Source of the DNA: Nitrospinota bacterium
GTDB taxonomy: Bacteria; UBA8248
NCBI GenBank assembly: GCA_046581755.1
Contig: JAYGFR010000070.1
Location: 1 to 10,657 of the forward strand
DNA length: 10,657 nucleotides
Reading direction: 5' to 3'
In this document: piece after piece, positions 1 through 6,381 of the stretch
How the letters are laid out: every line of letters starts with the position of its first letter
Position numbering within the stretch: position 1 is the first letter of the stretch
Made by a program: the position numbers and the translations under genes
The notes under the pieces: generated by a model
The model's input: only the letters and a program-made list of their open reading frames with translations
Told to the model about the DNA's origin: nothing
The model's database searches: none

Positions 1-828
1 GCGGCTCTCGGCGCCGCGGCCCTGGGAGAGGAAGACGATTCGCTCGCCGCCGTTGGCCATATTGAACTCCCGGTCCGCGTTCAGACCCGCGTCCTGCATC
101 AGCTTTTCGATGCGGGCGCGGTCTTTTGTGTAGGCCACGAAATTCACGTTGCGGATGGGGCGCTCCAGCGTGGGAACCTGGCCGAGGATACTCCGGCAAC
201 TGAGCCGGACGGCCAGCCCGCCGATCAGATTCATCGGAATTCCGTTTTGAACCGCCCTTGAGGCCAGGGCCTCGCCGAGTTCGTGGAGCGCTTCGGTCGA
301 TTCGAGATCGCCCAGCGCGTCCGTGGTAGAGGTGAGGAGGGTATCCTCGTCGCTTTCCCCGACGATCGCCGTCTTGAGGTCGGTTAGAAGGTTGACCTGG
401 GTGTCCGATGACTTTTGGATGTCCGCCCGGACGCCCTTGAGGACGGCGAGGAATTCATCCGAGGAGGCTTCTTTCTGCTCTTCGGGCTGGAGAAAGCCGG
501 AAAAGGTTCGGTAGGTGATGCCCAGGGCCATTCCGAGGATGCTGGTGACGAAGGCGAGCTTCAGGCCATCCAGGAGTTTGGGGATGCTGCCGTCGATGTC
601 CTTGACGTCGAAATCCAGGAGCCCGATGTAGATTCCGAAAAATGTCCCTAGAACGCCGACGGTCGCGAGCGTCGCCTGTGTGTGTTCGCAGAATTCCTTG
701 GCGAGCGGTGATTTCATGCGTCTCATGAAAAAGGCCAGGAAAAAGATGGCAAAAAGTGTGGCGCAAAACACAAACGAGACTTCGTTCGAAAACATGGCGG
801 TAAAAAATCTACTTAAATCCCCAAGCAC
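1..828 (-). CDS. ZorA/MotA-TolQ-ExbB-type membrane protein fused to a nucleotidyltransferase-like domain (3' end outside window, >=276 aa)
   Basis: Not in the ORF track because there is no stop inside the window. Manual translation from GTG 828 (GAGGG RBS-like element 8 nt upstream; alternative ATG at 795): MLGDLSRFFTAMFSNEVSFVFCATLFAIFFLAFFMRRMKSPLAKEFCEHTQATLATVGVLGTFFGIYIGLLDFDVKDIDGSIPKLLDGLKLAFVTSILGMALGITYRTF...LKTAIVGESDEDTLLTS...GIPMNLIGGLAVRLSCRSILGQVPTLERPIRNVNFVAYTKDRARIEKLMQDAGLNADREFNMANGGERIVF. It has three hydrophobic helices with the GxLGTFxG and GLxxAFxTSIxG signatures of ZorA/MotA-family TM2/TM3, followed by a GGxA...R..[DxD-position] NTase-like signature. Confidence 0.85.
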   Translation of the reverse strand, partial: MLGDLSRFFTAMFSNEVSFVFCATLFAIFFLAFFMRRMKSPLAKEFCEHTQATLATVGVLGTFFGIYIGLLDFDVKDIDGSIPKLLDGLKLAFVTSILGMALGITYRTFSGFLQPEEQKEASSDEFLAVLKGVRADIQKSSDTQVNLLTDLKTAIVGESDEDTLLTSTTDALGDLESTEALHELGEALASRAVQNGIPMNLIGGLAVRLSCRSILGQVPTLERPIRNVNFVAYTKDRARIEKLMQDAGLNADREFNMANGGERIVFLSQGRGAESR

Positions 829-1047
829 GCTCTTTTCCCTCGGCTAGGATCGGAAACCCTATGCGTCGTATCGGCAGAGTGAAATCAATCTTTTAGCCTG
901 TTTCCGCCGGGAGGCGAATTGGGCGACGCTCCGGCGCAACCTAACACAATATATCTACACGAAATCGGATTCATTTTGAAGGGTGAAAATGGGGACCAAA
1001 CCCCTAATTTACTGGAGTTTCTGGAAAAATGGCGAATACGGGGACAA

Positions 1048-3444
1048 TTACGAAACCGAAGGGGCGGGAGCCTTGGGTTTGGGAGGCGCCTTGGCCTGTT
1101 GCCGGGCCTTGGCCCTGGCGGCGGCCTGTTGGGCCATTTTTTCGTAACGGAAGCGGGCCGATTTGTGGATCACCTGCTCGAAACTCTTGAAAATCCGCAC
1201 GTTCGAGGATTGCCCCGCTCTCGCCGAGGGAACATAGACCTTGATGCGGTCCAGCGGGGGCTCGGTGCTGCCCCTGGCCGGCCAAGGCAGGCGGCTCAGG
1301 CAGAACTGAACTGCATCGGCGGGTTTGATAGGCGCGGGAGCGCACTCATAGAAGACCTCTCCCCAGGAGGTGGTGTGGATGAGCTCTAGCCGTGCCACTT
1401 TATTGATATCCCCGCCCACGCCGTAATTCAGGATGGCCAGCGTGCGATCTACCTTGCTGTCGGCCAGAAGAACATCGTTTTTCAAGGCGTCCACCTTGAG
1501 GTGGGGGAAGAAGTCCGTCATGAAAAACAGAAGGTCCTGAACCTCACCCGCCGAGAGGGGCGATTCGCGGGCGACGAGGGAGGTGTTCGTGTCCTTGGTC
1601 CAGATTCCGTTGAGTACGAGCCACATGAAGGTTTCGGGCAGGTTGTAGGAGCGTTTGAGGATCTGATCGTCGTGAGTTCCCTCTTCGATGTCGCCTGTGG
1701 TGACCGTCCCCGGATAAACATTCCATATGCCCGCTTTTTTTTTGGTGGGCTTGTCGAAGGAGAGCGTGAGCCGGTCCTGCCGGAGGCTGTCCTCGAAGCT
1801 TTTGGGCAGGAAGCCGATCTTGTTTTCTTTTTTCGAGAAGAAGGTGAACAGCTTCCGGCCGAGGACGGTCATGTCGGTTTCGTTGATTTGCACCTTCGCC
1901 TCGGCCCCGGATTTTTTGAGCCGCTTGTAGGAGTCGATGATGAAGTTGTTGACCTGGCGCCCGAGGGCGACCCGCTCATCGAAGGACCACTTTTCGTAGT
2001 TGTTCAGGGAGATTATTTCATCGTTGGTCCAACCCCAGGCCTGTACGATCTGGCAGAGCATGTCTTTCAGGGGATATTTGGAGCGCGTGATATCCTGGAG
2101 GCCGGTGATGGAGGTTCCCGCCTTCAGATAGAAGCATTTGCGGAGGACATCGAGATTCTCCTCCTGGCCGGTCCGGCGGTAGTAGTCCTGGATCCGGTTG
2201 AACATCAGGTTGTAGCAGTCGATGTTCGTTCGCTCGGGGTCCTCCTCGAGGAGCACCAGTTCCGGCTGAACGGCGACGCGCCCTCGATCTTCCTTAATAT
2301 CCGGGGTTTCCGCCTCTTCTTCGTTTCCTTCTGCCTTGGCTTCTTTTTCTTCCGTTTCGCCCCGTACCTGAATTTCCGCGAGGGTTTCCTTGAGGCGGTC
2401 GCAAAGGAGCATCGGGTCCGTCGCCTTGTCCATGTAGTCCTCGATCAAGGCCATCTTCATCGCGGACTTGAACGGGCTCCCCAGAGCCTTGTTCAGTTGC
2501 CAGAGGGCGGCCCCGAAGGCCTCCTCCATCGTGACCCGCTGGGCGTTGCCCAGGTCGATATAATTTCCCCGCTCGATCTTGTGGCTCTTGATGGCGAGCA
2601 ACCGGAGGCGCTCGTACTCCTCGTCGGTCATTGTCGCGGGCATGAGCGTCCAGAACGGGAAATGACCCGCCAGAACGGTGTGGGTCCTGTAGAACTCCTC
2701 CTTGAGCAGTTTCCCCAGCGCCGAGCCGGCGCTTTCCTTGTCGGCCGAGCCGAAGTTGTTGACCTTGACGCTGTCGATGTCGGTAATGAAAAAGTGAACC
2801 TCGAAATGGCTCAGGTCCTCGGCCCACTCCTCGAGGGCCTTGAACTTTTCCTTGAAGCCGTCGAGCTGGGATTCCTTGATTTTATCCTTCTTGACGCACA
2901 CCCAGAGGTCAAAGTCGCTCTTGCTGGTCTGTGCGATGGAGGCCAGGCTGCCCATGGCCGATAGGGAGTAAATCTGGTTTTTGACGCCCACCTTCCTGAG
3001 GGATAGGGGCCGGTAGTCGGCGTCGGGAAACATTTTCTTGAGCATGTCCACCGTGTCCTTGCGGACGCGATAGTTCCAGATTCCGCCCGGCACTCGATCG
3101 CGCGGTTCGATGTAGCCAGGCAGGCCCTTGGTGTTCAGGTGAATGAGGGCGGGCAGGACGCGGAAAATGTCCCGGTCGAGGCCGTTGAGTCTCTGCTCGA
3201 TGGTTTTGAGTTTTCGGCGGTTGTAGGTTTCGTAGGCGCGAGCCCGGATGTTCATTTCCTTGAGGATCCGGTCATCCTCGAGGAGGTCTTCTTCGGCCTC
3301 CTCGGCGGCCATCTCCTCACCCGGCCCCTCGTCCAGCGAGAGATCCTCGGCGGGGGCGCCGGGGTTCTCATCCGACTCAGGAATCCCTCCGTTGGCCGGG
3401 CCTTTGTTCTTGGATTTTCGGCCGAACAGGGCTTTCAGAATCAT
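1048..3444 (-). CDS. cyaA: Class I adenylate cyclase (798 aa)
   Basis: Class I AC motifs are present in order: MGSLASIAQTSKSDFDLWVC (SDxDxW), ESAGSALGKLLKEEFYRT, GAALWQLNKALGSPFKSAMK, CFYLK, WGW, LGRKL, TSWGEV. GGGAGA RBS-like element upstream of ATG 3444; TAA at 1048-1050. Confidence 0.93.
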   Translation of the reverse strand: MILKALFGRKSKNKGPANGGIPESDENPGAPAEDLSLDEGPGEEMAAEEAEEDLLEDDRILKEMNIRARAYETYNRRKLKTIEQRLNGLDRDIFRVLPALIHLNTKGLPGYIEPRDRVPGGIWNYRVRKDTVDMLKKMFPDADYRPLSLRKVGVKNQIYSLSAMGSLASIAQTSKSDFDLWVCVKKDKIKESQLDGFKEKFKALEEWAEDLSHFEVHFFITDIDSVKVNNFGSADKESAGSALGKLLKEEFYRTHTVLAGHFPFWTLMPATMTDEEYERLRLLAIKSHKIERGNYIDLGNAQRVTMEEAFGAALWQLNKALGSPFKSAMKMALIEDYMDKATDPMLLCDRLKETLAEIQVRGETEEKEAKAEGNEEEAETPDIKEDRGRVAVQPELVLLEEDPERTNIDCYNLMFNRIQDYYRRTGQEENLDVLRKCFYLKAGTSITGLQDITRSKYPLKDMLCQIVQAWGWTNDEIISLNNYEKWSFDERVALGRQVNNFIIDSYKRLKKSGAEAKVQINETDMTVLGRKLFTFFSKKENKIGFLPKSFEDSLRQDRLTLSFDKPTKKKAGIWNVYPGTVTTGDIEEGTHDDQILKRSYNLPETFMWLVLNGIWTKDTNTSLVARESPLSAGEVQDLLFFMTDFFPHLKVDALKNDVLLADSKVDRTLAILNYGVGGDINKVARLELIHTTSWGEVFYECAPAPIKPADAVQFCLSRLPWPARGSTEPPLDRIKVYVPSARAGQSSNVRIFKSFEQVIHKSARFRYEKMAQQAAARAKARQQAKAPPKPKAPAPSVS

Positions 3445-3835
3445 GTCCCAGTATTCTCCCGGACGGGGTGCGCCGTCGAGCCAATTCGGGCGCCTTGGAT
3501 TCGTTTCCGGCGGGGGGAATCCTCCTCCCTGCCAGGAAACCGCCCGAATAACCGGCGCAGCCAGCAGTTGGAAAACCCACGGTAATAATTTTGTTCCTCG
3601 GGCGCAAGCGGGAGGGGGCCCAAAAATCTCCCTGGGCCCGGGGCGAAGTCCGGAATCTGGGCGTCATCGCCCTCCATCCGGGAGGCGGGCCGGCCAGGAG
3701 CGGGAGCCATGGGCGGTTTTACAGGGATTTGCCCTGCGTGCTAACCAAGTGGCGCTCACCTTTATTTTATAGAAACATTCGCCCGCATGAATGGCCGCGT
3801 CTCGAACGGGCGGTTTTTCCTTTAGGGAGGTGCCC

Positions 3836-5011
3836 ATGAAAAAGCCGATGCGCCAGCGCGATGGCCAGCAATGGATTTCGGATTATTTCATCAAGGCGAC
3901 CGGGCGGGTCGTTCACCACGATCTGGACGGCAGGAGCCTCCCGCCCCAGGTGAAGAATATCCGCATGGCCGAGAAATACATCGCGCGCTCGGCGGAAAAC
4001 GCCGCGCGGCTCGCCGGGGAGGCCGAATCCCGGGGGGACCCTCTGAGCGCCAGGCAGCTCTACCGGATCGCCGCGGAGCGCTTCCGCGAAGCCCAGCATT
4101 TTTGCGTCCCCATCGTGGGTCCCCGCAAGAGGGAGCTTCATGGGCGTCTGCTCGAATGCGCAGCCAAGCTCCACTCGATGGCCGGCTACCCCATCGAGCG
4201 GGTAGAGATTCCTTACGAGGGAGAATCCCTGCCCGCCCTGTTCCACCAGGCGCCCGGCGAGGAGGCGGGGCCGGCGGTCCTCTTCATGCCCGGCATGGAT
4301 CAGACCAAGGAGAATTTTCCGAATCCGCTGGCGAACGATTTCCGTATCTGGGGGATGCACGTCCTCGCTCTGGACGGTCCGGGACAGGGCGAGAGCTGGC
4401 TCCGGGGAATTCATGTGACGCCCGAGAGCCATGCCGAGGCGGCGCGGTCGGCGTTCGAGTTCCTGGCTGCGCGGCCCGAAGTGGATGCCGCGAGGATCGG
4501 CGTCTATGGGAGGAGTTTCGGAAGCTTCTGGTCGTTCCGCGCGGCGGCGGCTGAGCCCCGCTTCGCGGCCTGCGCGGGGGCGGTGGCCTGTTTCTACTGG
4601 GACCGCCTGCCGATATTCGAGGAAGCGCCGATTCGCTTCAAGCAGGTGTTCATGGCAATGTCCCGCATGGAGGATGAGGATGCCTTCGACCGCATTGCCG
4701 AGGGCTACACCCTCCAGGGCCACGCCGAGCGCATCCGGTGCCCCGCCCTGATAGCAACCGGCGAGTTCGACCCGCTCAACCCCCTGGAGCAGACCGAGGC
4801 GGTTTTCGAGGCCCTTTCCGGCCCCAAGGAGCTGTGGGTGTTCGAGGATGAGTTCCACCCGCTCCGCTCCCTCGAGGCCCTGGGCGAGCTTGCGGTCTAT
4901 CCGTTTATCGCCGCCTGGATGAGCCGGGCGCTGGCGGGGGAGATTCCGGAGGGCCACTCCCGGAAAACATTGGTGAATAAAACCGGAGAGGGAATGTTCG
5001 GCGCGGAATGA
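3836..5011 (+). CDS. Alpha/beta hydrolase, FrsA / 2,6-dihydroxy-pseudo-oxynicotine (DHPON) hydrolase-like
   Basis: Motifs PIERVEIPYEG, PGMDQTKE, LDGPGQGES, nucleophile elbow G-R-S-F-G, acid GEFDPL and His EDEFHP. Start moved from 3791 to the in-frame ATG 3836 because of the AGGGAGG SD at 3824-3830. Confidence 0.85.
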   Translation: MKKPMRQRDGQQWISDYFIKATGRVVHHDLDGRSLPPQVKNIRMAEKYIARSAENAARLAGEAESRGDPLSARQLYRIAAERFREAQHFCVPIVGPRKRELHGRLLECAAKLHSMAGYPIERVEIPYEGESLPALFHQAPGEEAGPAVLFMPGMDQTKENFPNPLANDFRIWGMHVLALDGPGQGESWLRGIHVTPESHAEAARSAFEFLAARPEVDAARIGVYGRSFGSFWSFRAAAAEPRFAACAGAVACFYWDRLPIFEEAPIRFKQVFMAMSRMEDEDAFDRIAEGYTLQGHAERIRCPALIATGEFDPLNPLEQTEAVFEALSGPKELWVFEDEFHPLRSLEALGELAVYPFIAAWMSRALAGEIPEGHSRKTLVNKTGEGMFGAE

Positions 5012-5039
5012 TGCGTCCGTCTTTATCGATGAGGAAGCC

Positions 5040-5429
5040 ATGTTTGACTTGAAATTCGAACATATCCATCTGATCCACACGGACCACGACGACGCCGTCC
5101 GCTTCTACCGGGAGGCGCTGGGGGCGAAGGAGATCGACCGCGTCGAGCGCCACGGCGCGCCCCAGACCAAGCTGGACTGCTCGGGAACCATGCTCATCGT
5201 CCGCGGAATCCGCGAGGGCGAGGACCCGATGGCGGCGGGCACGCTTCCCCGCATGGGGTCCGATCATTTCGGCTTCTGGATCGGCGCGGGCCAGTACGAG
5301 GAGGCCAAACGCCACCTCGAGGGGATAGGCATCCGAATTGTCCAGGAGGGCGATCTGCCTCACCTGCGGTTCCTGTACTTCGAGGGGCCGGACGGGGTGA
5401 TGATCGAACTCATGGATCCGAAGGAGTAA
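5040..5429 (+). CDS. VOC (glyoxalase/bleomycin resistance/dioxygenase) family protein
   Basis: Motifs FEHIHL..D...AVRFYREALG, SDHFGF and YFEGPDGVMIEL; 129 aa; GAGGA SD. Confidence 0.88.
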   Translation: MFDLKFEHIHLIHTDHDDAVRFYREALGAKEIDRVERHGAPQTKLDCSGTMLIVRGIREGEDPMAAGTLPRMGSDHFGFWIGAGQYEEAKRHLEGIGIRIVQEGDLPHLRFLYFEGPDGVMIELMDPKE

Positions 5430-5479
5430 TCTTTTCGGCGAAGAATTATTTTTCGTTTTTTCCGCGAAGGAGAATCTGA

Positions 5480-6229
5480 ATGGAACGCGCGCGTAGCCTG
5501 ATGGAGATGTCCAGCCCGGAGACGGCCGAGGCACTCAATAAAACCAACCTCGCCATTTTACCTATCGGCAGCGTCGAGCAGCACGGCAAGCACCTCCCGA
5601 TGGGGACGGACTACTTCGCCGCCGAATCCATCGCCCGGCGGGTCACCTCGCTCACGGGCGGCCTTCTCGTGGATTTCATCCCCTTCGGCGTCACCCCGCT
5701 CCACATGGGCTTTCCGGGCACCATCAACCTGCGGGCGGAGACCATGATCGCCGTCTTCATGGATGTCTGCGGGAGCCTCCACCATCACGGCGCGCGGAAC
5801 CTGGTCTTCCTCAACTGGCACGAGCGGAACCTGCCCGCCGTCGAGATCGCCGCCGAGCGGGTCCAGAACGAATGCGAGGGCGCGCGCGTGCTCATCGTCC
5901 ATGCCCACTTCATCGCCAAGGACAAATACGGGCAAAAGGTGGGCCTGACGCACGGGGGCGAGCTTGAGGTCCTTCCCGTCCTGGCGGACCGGCCCGAACT
6001 CGTCCGCCTCGACCTGGCGGACGATCCCTCTCCCGCCGGCCACGGGGCGGCCCAGGACCGGCTCCGCCGCGACCCTGCGGTCTACTACATCCCCAAGGAC
6101 GTGCGGACCATGTACGCCTCGGGGTGGTACGGCGAGATCGAGGACACCTCGCCCGGCCGGGTCGCGGAAGTTGTCGAGGGCACGGCCGGAATCGCCGCTG
6201 AACGGATCAAGGCGTATTTTGAGATTTAA
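5480..6229 (+). CDS. Creatininase / creatinine amidohydrolase family protein
   Basis: Motifs LPIGSVEQHGKHLPMGTD, H.GFPGTI, LNWHERN (the NxHGGN position) and HGGELE; AAGGAG SD. Confidence 0.9.
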   Translation: MERARSLMEMSSPETAEALNKTNLAILPIGSVEQHGKHLPMGTDYFAAESIARRVTSLTGGLLVDFIPFGVTPLHMGFPGTINLRAETMIAVFMDVCGSLHHHGARNLVFLNWHERNLPAVEIAAERVQNECEGARVLIVHAHFIAKDKYGQKVGLTHGGELEVLPVLADRPELVRLDLADDPSPAGHGAAQDRLRRDPAVYYIPKDVRTMYASGWYGEIEDTSPGRVAEVVEGTAGIAAERIKAYFEI

Positions 6230-6232
6230 GCG

Positions 6233-6271
6233 CCCGGGATTTTGGCCCGGGGTTTTGGTCTGGGGGATCGG
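6233..6271 (+). repeat. Degenerate 13-bp tandem repeat (x3) right after the creatininase-family stop
   Basis: CCCGGGATTTTGG / CCCGGGGTTTTGG / TCTGGGGGATCGG. Confidence 0.45.
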
Positions 6272-6311
6272 CCAAATATTTTTCGGCAACGGAGCCGGCG
6301 ATGCCGCCTCG

Positions 6312-6341
6312 GCCCTAGTGGTGAGGGCATTTTTCCTTTTT
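6312..6341 (+). terminator. Weak intrinsic terminator-like hairpin inside the catabolic cluster
   Basis: GCCCT-agtggtg-AGGGC followed by ATTTTTCCTTTTT; the stem is only 5 bp. Confidence 0.35.
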
Positions 6342-6381
6342 CGCTTTCATGCGGGGCGAGAGCTCTCGAAAGGAGAAGATC

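Noticed and set aside
323..766. ORF-track calls 323..514, 415..651 and 455..766
   Set aside because: All overlap the real minus-strand frame 1..828, which carries clear family motifs.
757..772. CRP-like site TGTGG-N6-ACACA near cyaA
   Set aside because: It lies inside the TM1-coding region of the fusion gene, has two core mismatches and is explained by codon content.
1..828. Calling this a complete Zorya system or naming the gene zorA
   Set aside because: No zorB/C/D/E is visible in the window and the domain architecture is atypical. Downstream sequence is needed.
1501..2964. 487-aa plus-strand ORF (also 919..1389, 3139..3585)
   Set aside because: Antisense shadows of cyaA with no domain signatures.
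3616..3639. Hairpin GGGCCCA-N10-TGGGCCC in the divergent promoter region as an ncRNA or riboswitch
   Set aside because: An isolated GC stem in GC-rich DNA, with no recognisable riboswitch consensus.
3767..5080. 437-aa minus ORF, and 8174..9697 (+), 5558..6289 (-), 4905..5534 (-)
   Set aside because: They overlap well-supported genes in other frames or strands and have Arg/Gly/Pro-rich, non-protein-like composition.
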